A stretch of 64,000 bases of DNA from NCBI GenBank assembly GCA_030693425.1, contig JAUYAM010000004.1:23163-87162 (forward strand), in the 5' to 3' direction. Position numbers and translations under genes: made by a program. The DNA is from a bacterium (GTDB taxonomy: Bacteria > Patescibacteriota > Minisyncoccia > Minisyncoccales > GWA2-46-15). The notes beneath the pieces are model-generated. The model searched no databases. It saw only the letters and a list, made by a program, of their open reading frames with translations, and had not been told where the DNA came from. Positions 41,456 through 50,645 of this stretch are shown here, piece after piece (position 1 is the stretch's first letter; each line of letters begins with the position of its first letter).

Positions 41456-41709
41456 AGCGACTCTTACCTGGAGTGCAGTTTGCACCCCAACGAGCATCGC
41501 CGACCGGCCAATGAGGCCGAACAGGCATTACTCAAACAGAGATCGGAGGCGACTTGTTCTTTTTGAAATTTGAACCTTTCGTGAAATACGGCCTTATTGC
41601 CAAAGATTTTGGCAGAGGCCGTATTTTATTTGATAATAAAACCCCAAAAGCTGTCTGGATGAGTCAACTTGATCGTCAGAGAAACGATCTTTTGATATAT
41701 TGATATAAT

Positions 41710-42150
41710 ATGGATCATTTAGCGATAATGAAAAGATCTTGGGGATTGCTTCCAAAGATTCTGAGAAAGGAAAAAACAATAGAATCCCGTTGGTACAAAA
41801 ACAGATATTCTCCCTGGGGCAAGATTAAGAAAGAGGATACAGTCTATTTTAAGGATTCTGGCAAGCCAGTTACCGCAAGGGCGAAGGTTTCTGACGTTTT
41901 TCAGTATTCAGATTTAACACCAACCAAAGTCAAAGAAATTCTTTTGAAGTATGGCTCAAAAGACGGCCTCGGTTTAGACGAGATCGATAAGTATTATAAG
42001 ATGTTTAAGAATAAAAATTATTGTCTGTTGATTTTTCTTAAAGACCCCAGGCGGGTAGAGCCGTTTGAAGTTAACAAGGACGGTTTTGGAGCTATGTCCA
42101 GTTGGATTGTTATTGACAATATCGACAAACTGAAGAAACCTTGGTTATAA
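41710..42150 (+). CDS. ASCH domain protein
   Basis: 146 aa. It has the EKTIESRW motif and a PUA-like beta pattern. Confidence 0.6.
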   Translation: MDHLAIMKRSWGLLPKILRKEKTIESRWYKNRYSPWGKIKKEDTVYFKDSGKPVTARAKVSDVFQYSDLTPTKVKEILLKYGSKDGLGLDEIDKYYKMFKNKNYCLLIFLKDPRRVEPFEVNKDGFGAMSSWIVIDNIDKLKKPWL

Positions 42151-42157
42151 TAGAATA

Positions 42158-43513
42158 ATGATCCATTTGTCTTTCCCTTTAAAACTGCTTCTGGCTATTT
42201 TTCTCGGAGCCATTATCGGCATTGAGAGAGAGCCGGTCAGGAAAAAAGAGTTTAGCCAGGAAAAGGTTTCCGCGGGCGGACTCGGGGGCTTGAGGACTTT
42301 TTCTTTGATTTCCCTTTTCGGAGCCATCTCCGGTTATTTGAGCATCAGCGGCAACATCACTCTTTTCTTGATCACCGCTATTGCCTTTTTTGCCCTTATT
42401 CTAGCCTATTATGTTGTCGGCGGCGTTTTGACCAAGTCCGTCGGCCTGACTACCGAGCTGGCCGCTCTTTATTCTTTTCTGATCGGTTTTTTCGTGGTCA
42501 CCGAGATTTTTCCTGTCCAGTTAGTTATCGCCCTGACCATTGTTTTGACCCTGATTTTGTCTTTGAAGGAAAAGACCCAGCGCCTGACCTTGGGAATCAA
42601 TCAAGAGGAAATCAACGGGTTTTTAAGTTTTGCCATCATCGCTCTGGTGGTTCTTCCTTTTCTTCCAAATCAGGCCTACTACCTGACAGACATTCCGGCG
42701 GTAAAAACCATTCTCAGCGCTTATCACGTTCAACTGGGATTATTGGAGACGCTGGAGATTGTCAATCCGTTCAGGCTCTGGTTCATCGTCGCCTTGATCA
42801 CCGGCATTGACGTTTTCGGGTACCTGCTCGGCAAGCTTGCCGGCCCAAAAAGAGGAAAGCTCGTCACCAGCCTGATCGGCGGGTTCATTTCTTCCACCTC
42901 GACGACAATCTCTCTTGCCCAGCAAAGCAAGAAAGAAAGCCGGACGGATCAATTGGTGGCTCTGGCCGTCTTTGCCAACCTAATGAGCTTTCTCCAGATT
43001 TTCATTCTGGTCGCTCCCTTGAACAGCGGCTGGCTGGTATATATCACCTCTACGCTTTTTGTCATTGCCATTTCTGCTTTTATTGTCGGGCTTTTCTATT
43101 ATTCATTTGCCAGAAAGCAGCCCAATGAGAGCGTGCCGGAGGCGGAAGGACAGCTGGCGGGGGTAAAACTATTTTCTTTCAAACCGGCTTTAAGATTCGC
43201 CCTGATATTGGTTTTAGTGAAGATTGTTACCAAAGCATCTTTGGCTTTTTTCGGCCAAGCCGGCTTTCTTTTGAGCTCGATTATCGCTTCGTTTACGGGC
43301 ATAGACGCAATTGTCATTAACCTGGCCGAGTCGGCCGGAGCCAGTATCACTTACGAAATGGCCCTGCTCACTCTGGTGGCTGTTAATGCCAGTAATCTTC
43401 TCAGCAAGACATTCTATTCTTTTATTCAGGGAAGCCGGAAATTTACTTTAAAGCTGCTTTTGGCGGTCCTGATTGTCATTTCCGTAAGCTTTGTATTCTT
43501 TTTCTTGGTTTAA
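42158..43513 (+). CDS. MgtC/SapB family membrane protein with DUF4010-like C-terminal domain
   Basis: 451 aa. It has the LLLAIFLGAIIGIEREPVRK N-terminus and is polytopic. Confidence 0.7.
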   Translation: MIHLSFPLKLLLAIFLGAIIGIEREPVRKKEFSQEKVSAGGLGGLRTFSLISLFGAISGYLSISGNITLFLITAIAFFALILAYYVVGGVLTKSVGLTTELAALYSFLIGFFVVTEIFPVQLVIALTIVLTLILSLKEKTQRLTLGINQEEINGFLSFAIIALVVLPFLPNQAYYLTDIPAVKTILSAYHVQLGLLETLEIVNPFRLWFIVALITGIDVFGYLLGKLAGPKRGKLVTSLIGGFISSTSTTISLAQQSKKESRTDQLVALAVFANLMSFLQIFILVAPLNSGWLVYITSTLFVIAISAFIVGLFYYSFARKQPNESVPEAEGQLAGVKLFSFKPALRFALILVLVKIVTKASLAFFGQAGFLLSSIIASFTGIDAIVINLAESAGASITYEMALLTLVAVNASNLLSKTFYSFIQGSRKFTLKLLLAVLIVISVSFVFFFLV

Positions 43514-43701
43514 GTCAGGGGCAAAAGGTTTTTAGCTTCGTTGACGACAGTCGTCAATGGAGTCGTCATTTAGTTCAGAGAAGGGGAAAAATTGTAGATT
43601 TTTGGCGAAAAGGTGGAGAATAGTTCTAAGACGGATATTAAGCTAAAAATTGAAAAGACTGACGTTCAATCGTCAGCCTTTTCTTTGTGTCCGATCGCCT
43701 C

Positions 43702-43950
43702 CTATTCGTTGCAATCCTTCTCCGGGCAGTGGGGCCCGGGGAAGATGTCTACCAGTCCGCCCAGATCCATGATGAAGTAATTGGGGGTTACGAGTCGTTT
43801 CCCGTGAATGGTACAGTAAGCAGCAGATTTTCCACGGTTGTTTTGCCGCTGGCAGTACCACTTATCGCAAACCGTTTTCCACGCCGCAGTTTTTTCGCCA
43901 CAGTACTTACAATGGCAGGGGAGTAGGACGGCAACTAGCGAGTATGACAT
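43702..43950 (-). CDS. Hypothetical 82-aa cysteine-rich protein (8 Cys; CHCKYC, HCPEKDC)
   Basis: The RBS AAGGAGG lies 5 nt upstream of ATG 43950. It has its own terminator (43655-43680, minus sense GCTGACG..CGTCAGTC TTT). The region is GC-rich. Confidence 0.55.
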   Translation of the reverse strand: MSYSLVAVLLPCHCKYCGEKTAAWKTVCDKWYCQRQNNRGKSAAYCTIHGKRLVTPNYFIMDLGGLVDIFPGPHCPEKDCNE

Positions 43951-44057
43951 AACAGCCTCCTTTCGTCCCAATTTAAGCACGGTTCTATATTTATTTCAAG
44001 TGGTTGTTTTTTTTGAGTTTTTTGGTAGAATTAAGCCAGAAAACCTAATTTTTGCTT

Positions 44058-45168
44058 GTGGCCAAGATTTTGAAAGACAGAATCGAAGATTTGGAGGTTA
44101 AATACCGCCAGCTGGCGGACTGTCTTTGACTTAGTTAAAAACAGGGAGGAGATTAAAGAGCTAGAAGAAATTTCTCTTAAACCGGATTTCTGGAAAGACG
44201 GAGATCGGGCAAAGGAAATCCTCCAGAGACTCTCGGCCTTAAAACAAGAGGTCGCCGCCTTGGAGGGGCTGGAGGCTGAAATCAAAGAAGCTGTTGAGAT
44301 GGACAAGGCTTTCGGTCAGGACCAGGCATTGGTTCTGGAGCTGGAGAAAAAAGTCTCCAGCCTTGAACAAAAAATTAAGAGAAAAGAATTAGAGGTTTTT
44401 CTTTCTGGGAAATACGACAGCCATGACGCCATCCTCTCAATTTTTGCCGGAGCCGGAGGCCAGGACAGCCAGGATTGGGCGACCATGCTTTTGCGCATCT
44501 ATCAGCGCTATTGCGAGTCTAGGTTTTGGCAGACAAGGATTTTAGAACAGTCGTTTGGCGAAGCCGGAGGGCCGGAAGGCAGAATTGGAACCAAGTCAGC
44601 GACCCTTGAGATAAAAGGAAGGAACGCCTACGGCTTGCTGAAAGGGGAAACGGGGATCCACCGCTTGGTAAGGATTTCTCCTTTTTCCTCGCAGTCTTTG
44701 CGGCACACTTCTTTTGTAAGCGTTGAGGTGACTCCGGCAATAGAGGACGAAAAACAGTCCGAAATTAGGCCGGAGGATTTGAAAATAGAGTTTTACCGGG
44801 CCTCGGGTCCCGGCGGCCAGAACGTCAATAAAAGGGAGACTTCGGTCAGGATTACCCACCTGCCAACAGGTCTTGTCGCCGCCTGCCAGGTTGAAAGATC
44901 GCAAGGAGACAATAGGAAAAAAGCGATGGCAATGCTGGCTTCAAAATTGCTCAAACTTGAAGAGGATAAGATTGAAGAAAAGAAGGCAGAATTTAGAGGC
45001 GAGAAAAAATCGGCCAGCTGGGGAAACCAGATCCGTTCTTACGTCCTTCATCCCTATAAACTAGTCAAAGACTTGAGAACCGAGGTTGAAACCAGCGACA
45101 CCGAAGGAGTCTTAGACGGAAAGCTGGATCAATTTATTGAAGCTGAAATCAAGTTGAGAAAATGGTAA
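44058..45168 (+). CDS. prfB: Peptide chain release factor 2, with programmed +1 frameshift at CTT TGA C (44124-44130); join(44058..44126,44128..45168)
   Basis: Frame 0 reads (GTG)AKILKDRIEDLEVKYRQLADCL-TGA. The +1 frame continues DLVKNREEIKELEEISLKPDFWKD... through SGPGGQNVNK (GGQ motif). The start codon is tentative. Confidence 0.9.
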
Positions 45169-45887
45169 AATTCCAAGGAGTAACCAAAACCTATCCGGCC
45201 AACAATCTGCATTCAAAGCCGACAGAAGCCTTAAAAGACATCTCTTTTGAAATCAAGGAAAAAGAGTTTGTCCTGATAGCCGGGAGATCAGGGGCTGGCA
45301 AAACTACACTAGTCAAGCTTTTGATCGGCGAGGAAAGGCCGACTTCGGGCAGAATTTTTTTCAGCTTTAAGGACGACCGGGACATAATCAGAAATCTTGA
45401 AGTCAACAAGGTTAAAAAAAAGGATCTGCCGGGAGTAAGGCGGCATATCGGAGTCGTTTTCCAGGACTACAAGCTTTTGCCCAAAAAAACCGTTTTTGAA
45501 AACGTTGCCTATGCCTTGGAAGTGGTCGGCGCCCAGGATTCCCAGATAAAAAACGAGGTGCCTAAAGCCCTAAAAATAGTCGGTTTGGAAGACAGGGCCG
45601 GACATTTCCCGTTTGAGCTTTCCGGCGGAGAAAAGCAAAGAGTGGCTATCGCCAGAGCCCTGATTCATCGGCCAGATTTAATTATTGCCGACGAGCCGAC
45701 CGGCAACCTTGACCCTTATCATACCTGGGATATTATCAAATTATTGCTCAAGATTAATGAGCTTGGGGAGACGGTGATTTTGGCCACTCACGACCAGGAT
45801 ATCGTTAATAATCTTGAAAAGAGAGTCATTAGTTTGGAAAGAGGCAAGCTGATTAAAGATGACAAAGTCGGAAAATATATCATTTAA
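45162..45887 (+). CDS. ftsE: Cell division ATP-binding protein FtsE
   Basis: Contains GRSGAGKTT, LSGGEKQRVAIARAL and IIADEPTGNLD. It lies upstream of ftsX. Confidence 0.9.
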   Translation: MVKFQGVTKTYPANNLHSKPTEALKDISFEIKEKEFVLIAGRSGAGKTTLVKLLIGEERPTSGRIFFSFKDDRDIIRNLEVNKVKKKDLPGVRRHIGVVFQDYKLLPKKTVFENVAYALEVVGAQDSQIKNEVPKALKIVGLEDRAGHFPFELSGGEKQRVAIARALIHRPDLIIADEPTGNLDPYHTWDIIKLLLKINELGETVILATHDQDIVNNLEKRVISLERGKLIKDDKVGKYII

Positions 45888-45889
45888 AC

Positions 45890-46798
45890 ATGTTGATTTC
45901 TTTTAAGAGAGTGTTAATAAACGGCTGGCTGAGTTTTAAAAGGAGCCAGGGCTTGTCGACAATTACGATCTTTGTCATGTTTTTGACGATTTCCATACTG
46001 ACGTCGATTTTCATTTTCAAGGGAGTGACGGATTTCCTGTTGATGTCTTTGGAGAAAAAGATGGATATTTCCGTTTATTTTAAAGAAGGAGTGCCTGAAG
46101 AAGAGATTTTCAAGACCAAGGATTTGCTGCTGGAAATCCAGGGAGTGAGGAAGGTAACCTATGTTTCTCCGGCAGAGGCTCTGGAAAAATTCAAAGAAAG
46201 GCACCAGTACGACGACATTATCACCCAGGCGCTGGAAGAAGTCGGCGACAATCCCTTTTTAGCTTCTTTGAACATCAGCGCCTCGGAAGCCTTGGATTAC
46301 GAGAAAGTCAGTCAGTTCCTGGGCGAGAGTCGTTTTGAGAGCTTGGTCAACAAAATCGATTTTTACCAGAGAAAGCCGGTGATCGAAAAGTTTTATTCCC
46401 TGAAAGCTAGTTTTGAGAGAACGGGTTTGATATTAGCCCTCATTCTGGCTTTGGTTGCTTTTTCGATTACTTTTGTTACCATTCGCCTTGCGATTTACAA
46501 TTCTTCGGAAGAAATCGGCATTATGAGGCTGGTCGGAGCTTCCAATTGGTTCATCAGCGGGCAGTTTGTCGTTCAAGGGATTATCTGCGGAATTTTGGCC
46601 GTTACGGCGACATTGATAGTCTTCCCGGCTTTGAGCTATTTTTTGGCGCCAAAAATCTTTAGTTTGACCGGCGGCTTTAACCTGTTTAACTATTTCTTAG
46701 AGAATTTCTTTTTAATTTTTGGTTTTCAGGTTTTGACCGGCATGGTTTTAGGAACAGTTTCCAGTCTGGTTGCCGTCAGAAAGTACTTGGAGAAGTAG
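45890..46798 (+). CDS. ftsX: Cell division permease-like protein FtsX
   Basis: 302 aa with an N-terminal TM helix, an extracellular domain and 3 C-terminal TM helices (IGIMRLVGASNWFI). Confidence 0.85.
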   Translation: MLISFKRVLINGWLSFKRSQGLSTITIFVMFLTISILTSIFIFKGVTDFLLMSLEKKMDISVYFKEGVPEEEIFKTKDLLLEIQGVRKVTYVSPAEALEKFKERHQYDDIITQALEEVGDNPFLASLNISASEALDYEKVSQFLGESRFESLVNKIDFYQRKPVIEKFYSLKASFERTGLILALILALVAFSITFVTIRLAIYNSSEEIGIMRLVGASNWFISGQFVVQGIICGILAVTATLIVFPALSYFLAPKIFSLTGGFNLFNYFLENFFLIFGFQVLTGMVLGTVSSLVAVRKYLEK

Positions 46799-46806
46799 CA
46801 TATTTT

Positions 46807-46877
46807 TGCGAGGTCATCTAACGGTCGGATGCGACTCTCTGAAAGTCGTCATCTTGGTTCGAATCCAAGCCTCGCAG
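46807..46877 (+). tRNA. tRNA-Gln (anticodon CTG)
   Basis: Hand-folded cloverleaf. It has a U1-A72 pair and a G73 discriminator, as in bacterial tRNA-Gln. The anticodon loop is CTCTGAA and the T-loop is TTCGAAT. Confidence 0.85.
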
Positions 46878-46930
46878 TAAAAAAGAATAAAATCTCAGTG
46901 ACCAAAGAGATTAAAAATTATTATCGATAT

Positions 46931-47584
46931 ATGTTTAAAAAAATAAAAGATTGCAAAGAGAGTATAAAAATGGGATGGAGTGTAAAAAAAGAGAACGGAG
47001 AAGAATTGATTTTAGAGAATCCCGACTTCGGAAGGGTTGAGATAGTCGCGAATACCATAGGAAACTATGATCAGCTAGCTTATATTCAACCAACTGGCAG
47101 TGTAGTAGTTGTTTTAATTGATGAAAAAAGAGAAAAAATTTATCTTCATACTGAAGAAAGACCAGCAGCTCCGAAAGAGAATTGTCCAGAAATAAAGAAG
47201 GGTAATTTATATATTCCCTTCGATCATTTAGGAAGAGGTAGTATAGAAACTATTAGGGGATTTAGCGAGGGAACTTGGCAAAATACGGCAATAACGGAGA
47301 TAAAAGATGAGGCAGGCTTAGAAATAAGGGAGAATGATTTAGAGCAATTAGGTATAATTAACGCAAATACAGCATTTTTTTGTTTTAATGTCGTTGCTGT
47401 TCTAGCAAAAGGTGATTCTAAGATTAAGTTTAGTCCTCAAAGTGAAGGTGATAAAAAAAAGATTAAAAACAGAAAATGGTATACAAAAAAAGAAGTAAAA
47501 GAAATAATAGCACAGGGAAAGATATTTTGCGGCGTTACATTGGCTACACTAAATCTTTATTTTCAAAAGAGTGAAGTAAACTAA
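46931..47584 (+). CDS. NUDIX-like hydrolase (very AT-rich gene)
   Basis: A degenerate NUDIX box is present (GFSEGTWQNTAITEIKDEAGLEI). The start is set at ATG 46931 because the track ORF begins inside the tRNA. Confidence 0.5.
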   Translation: MFKKIKDCKESIKMGWSVKKENGEELILENPDFGRVEIVANTIGNYDQLAYIQPTGSVVVVLIDEKREKIYLHTEERPAAPKENCPEIKKGNLYIPFDHLGRGSIETIRGFSEGTWQNTAITEIKDEAGLEIRENDLEQLGIINANTAFFCFNVVAVLAKGDSKIKFSPQSEGDKKKIKNRKWYTKKEVKEIIAQGKIFCGVTLATLNLYFQKSEVN

Positions 47585-47680
47585 AATGCCCAGATGTATT
47601 CTCTAGTGATAGAAATAGTATCTCAAAATACTAATTTGTGCTTATAAAACAGGTTCTAACGTCGTCCATTACCCGCAACT

Positions 47681-48118
47681 ATGATTTATATTGCTGCAGA
47701 CAAACACGGTTTTAAGGCCATAAAGTTCGTTGAAGAATACCTCAAGTCACGCAATATTCCTTATGATAACCTGGGAATAAAAACCGAAACGGAAGACATG
47801 AGACTTGAAGATATGATTCCTAAAGTTGTGGCCAAAATTCGTGAGAATAGAGAAAATAAAGGCATACTTTCTTGTGGCGCCGGGGTTGGCGTAGAGATAG
47901 GAACGAATAGGTTTAGCGGCATTCGAGCCTGTTTGGCAACGAACACTAAGGTGGCGGAGTGGTCAAGAGTTTACGACAACTGTAATGTTGTGTGCCTGGT
48001 AGGATGGGAATCAGAGAAAAGCACCGTTCATAGCATTTTAGATGCGTGGTTCGGCGCAGAATATGATGGAGATGCAGATCGTCTAAAAATGATGGAAGTA
48101 TTTGATAGCTGGCATTGA
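47681..48118 (+). CDS. rpiB: Ribose-5-phosphate isomerase B (RpiB/LacA/LacB family)
   Basis: 145 aa. Contains MIYIAADKHGF and ILSCGAGVGVEIGTNRFSGIRA. Confidence 0.75.
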   Translation: MIYIAADKHGFKAIKFVEEYLKSRNIPYDNLGIKTETEDMRLEDMIPKVVAKIRENRENKGILSCGAGVGVEIGTNRFSGIRACLATNTKVAEWSRVYDNCNVVCLVGWESEKSTVHSILDAWFGAEYDGDADRLKMMEVFDSWH

Positions 48119-48206
48119 GCGGTCAGAGAGATGAATATTTTCAATTAAAGAAATTCCTCAATTTAGGGTGACAGTCACCTATCAGAATAACTAACCAAAC
48201 AATATC

Positions 48207-49844
48207 ATGACTACAATATCTAAAAATCTATTCTCTTTTGCTAAAATATCCCACGGCTTCGTATTATTTTCTTTATTCTCGATTCTTTTATTTTCAGTTT
48301 TTGTTGTAGGAACGGCAGAGGCTCAAAATGCTACAGGAATTATTGTTGAAATTACAACCGATAAAAGTCAATATACCGTTGGAGAAGATATTTTTATCAC
48401 CGTAAAAGCTGTCAATACATCTAACGTATCGCAAACACTCTCCTTTTCTTCGTCATTGCAAGCCGATTATGCCATTGGTGGAAAATATCGCTGGTCATCA
48501 AATAAGGCCTTTCTTCAATTTTTGACTTCAGTAGTAATTCCCGCGGGCTCTTCGCGACAATGGGAATTTACCCATAAACCTTCTGATTTTAAACTGGACA
48601 GTGGTACTCATACAATTTCTGGAGAAGTTGTCGGACACGGCAGCGCTCAAACTACCATTACTGTTGTCAGTGAAACTCAACCCCCTTATTTTGAAAGTTT
48701 TGAAAGCGGTTTAGGCGGTTGGCAAACAGATCATGAGATTCATTGCGAACAAGAGATCCATCCTTGTTTATTTGAGTGGAGTATTGAGCGTTCAACTGAG
48801 CAGGCGCAACATGGCAATTATTCTCTTGAAAGTTTTCTCAACGGCATTAACGACGATGGTACAATTTGGATGGAAAAGACATTCCCGGTGCCTCAAAATT
48901 CGACTGTAACTATTGACCTTTCTTTTCAACTCTGGAGCGAGGCAGCAACCCCCGTTACCCAATGGCCCGTAGTTGCATATATAGGCACCGCCGATCCAGA
49001 GTTAGAGTCTGATTTTACTATCGTTGGGTACACAAATACGGTTGCTGGTTGGCAAGCATATAGCCATAGCCGGAATATTAACACAGGTTCATCAAGCCGC
49101 ATATGGGTAGCGTTTGGATTTGGGGCTACCTGGGAAGTATCCAGAACTTATTTTATGGATTCAGTGACGGTTACTGTCCCTCCCGCCCCTCCAGTTATTG
49201 GAGAAAAATTTGTAATTGGAATGTATCCAGTTGAGAAAAGAAGTGATCGTATGTTTATTGTGTCCGTCACTGACCAAGCCACAATTCAGCAAGCTCGGAA
49301 TTGTTACGCTTATGGCCAACAAAATCCTGGTGACCCACGATGCGGCAGACACATTAGCGGCCAGATAGCTTCTGGGAATGGCGGTTTTAACACAAATTGG
49401 AGCTGGCACCTCATACCTGAAACAGTAATAATGCCCACGGCATCTATAGAGATCTGCGATGGCAGCCCAAACGACGTAGAAAGAGATGGTGTTGATTTTG
49501 ATGCAGGCGTTTTCTGTCCTTGGATCAGCTATATTCTTGCCCCAGGAGGTCAATATCCCCAAATATCTCCCTCAACCGCATTCACGAGGAATCTAACCTT
49601 AGGTCTGCGCGGCAACGATGTAAAAGAGTTGCAGAGAGTATTAGCAAGTGATCCATTAATTTATCCCGAAGGTTTTATTACCGGCTATTTTGGGCCCCTC
49701 ACCAGAAAAGCTGTTATCAAATTTCAAGAAAAATATGCCAGCGAAATCCTTACCCCCATAAAGATTACCAAAGGAACAGGGTTTGTAGGACCAATGACTA
49801 TGAGGAAATTGAGAGAAATTAGACAAACAACTTCAGCAAATTAG
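48207..49844 (+). CDS. Secreted protein with C-terminal peptidoglycan-binding (PG_binding_1-like) domain
   Basis: The signal/TM sequence is FVLFSLFSILLFSVFVVGTAEA. The C-terminal part (GNDVKELQRVLA..GYFGPLTRKAVIKFQEKY) resembles a peptidoglycan-binding domain. Confidence 0.6.
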   Translation: MTTISKNLFSFAKISHGFVLFSLFSILLFSVFVVGTAEAQNATGIIVEITTDKSQYTVGEDIFITVKAVNTSNVSQTLSFSSSLQADYAIGGKYRWSSNKAFLQFLTSVVIPAGSSRQWEFTHKPSDFKLDSGTHTISGEVVGHGSAQTTITVVSETQPPYFESFESGLGGWQTDHEIHCEQEIHPCLFEWSIERSTEQAQHGNYSLESFLNGINDDGTIWMEKTFPVPQNSTVTIDLSFQLWSEAATPVTQWPVVAYIGTADPELESDFTIVGYTNTVAGWQAYSHSRNINTGSSSRIWVAFGFGATWEVSRTYFMDSVTVTVPPAPPVIGEKFVIGMYPVEKRSDRMFIVSVTDQATIQQARNCYAYGQQNPGDPRCGRHISGQIASGNGGFNTNWSWHLIPETVIMPTASIEICDGSPNDVERDGVDFDAGVFCPWISYILAPGGQYPQISPSTAFTRNLTLGLRGNDVKELQRVLASDPLIYPEGFITGYFGPLTRKAVIKFQEKYASEILTPIKITKGTGFVGPMTMRKLREIRQTTSAN

Positions 49845-49970
49845 CCCACCGTCTTTTCGTGAATTGTAAAAGTCCTTTCCAGCAGCGAGTGGACACCTCG
49901 GCAAGTTTATAGTGAGCGTAGCCGAACCAGAATCAAATGGCTGCGGGGCTTGGAATCAAACCAAGATTCT

Positions 49971-50003
49971 ATTAACCCGTTTAATCTCTGATATTAAATA
50001 TTC
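49971..50003 (+). repeat. Intergenic palindromic motif copy 1 (ATTAACCCGTTTAATCTCTGATATTAAATATTC)
   Basis: One of four aligned copies with consensus AACC-n-r-TTTAAY-myCyGAk-rTTrAAY-ATT. Confidence 0.7.
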
Positions 50004-50027
50004 AATAAATGCTATTAGAAAAATCAT

Positions 50028-50585
50028 ATGATGCCGGGAAAAACAATTTTCACAGGAAAAACAAAGAAAAATAGGCGAATCACGATTCGCTACGCCAAAA
50101 AACAAGATGCCAGGCTTATGTTAGATTATATAAACACCCTCTCAAAAGAGAAGACATTTATTATTTTTCAAGGAGAACTAATTTCTTTCAAAGACGAGAA
50201 AAAATACTTGGATTCTTTTTTCTCGCAAATGAAAAAAAATGAGGCGGTAAAGCTTTTAGCTTTTCATGGCAAAGAATTGGTCGGAGTAGCCGATGTTCGG
50301 TTAAAAGACAGAAATACTGATCATATTGGCAGATTTGGGTTGACTGTGGCTAAAAATTTTAGGAATGAGGGTATCGGGAAACTATTGATGAAACTTACCT
50401 TGGAAGAAGCCAGAAAAAACATCAAGAAATTGAGGATTATAGACCTGAGTGTTTTTGCAAATAATACGATCGCCCAAAGAATGTATCACAAGAGGTTTGG
50501 TTTTAAAAAATACGGTTGTTTACCTAAAGGAATTAGACATAGAAGTAAATTTGTTGACGATATTTTGATGTATAAAGAGGTTTAG
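50028..50585 (+). CDS. GNAT family N-acetyltransferase
   Basis: Contains the RNEGIGKLLM acetyl-CoA binding motif. Confidence 0.75.
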   Translation: MMPGKTIFTGKTKKNRRITIRYAKKQDARLMLDYINTLSKEKTFIIFQGELISFKDEKKYLDSFFSQMKKNEAVKLLAFHGKELVGVADVRLKDRNTDHIGRFGLTVAKNFRNEGIGKLLMKLTLEEARKNIKKLRIIDLSVFANNTIAQRMYHKRFGFKKYGCLPKGIRHRSKFVDDILMYKEV

Positions 50586-50600
50586 GTTTTTCGAAGTAAT

Positions 50601-50633
50601 TTCAACCGTTTAACCTCCGAGATTAAACATTAA
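50601..50633 (+). repeat. Intergenic palindromic motif copy 2 (TTCAACCGTTTAACCTCCGAGATTAAACATTAA)
   Basis: Aligned with copies 1, 3 and 4. It ends 18 nt before ATG 50646. Confidence 0.7.
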
Positions 50634-50645
50634 TTATATAAAACT

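Noticed and set aside
41293-41514. 73-aa track ORF overlapping the small CxxC ORF region.
   Set aside because: There is no RBS and no recognisable protein features. A different frame carries the strong RBS-ATG pair at 41363.
49949-49965. Hairpin CTTGGAATCAAACCAAG as an attR-type duplicate of the tRNA-Gln 3' end.
   Set aside because: Only the 5-bp stem matches the T-arm. The loop and the acceptor-side sequence do not match, so the evidence is too weak to call a repeat.
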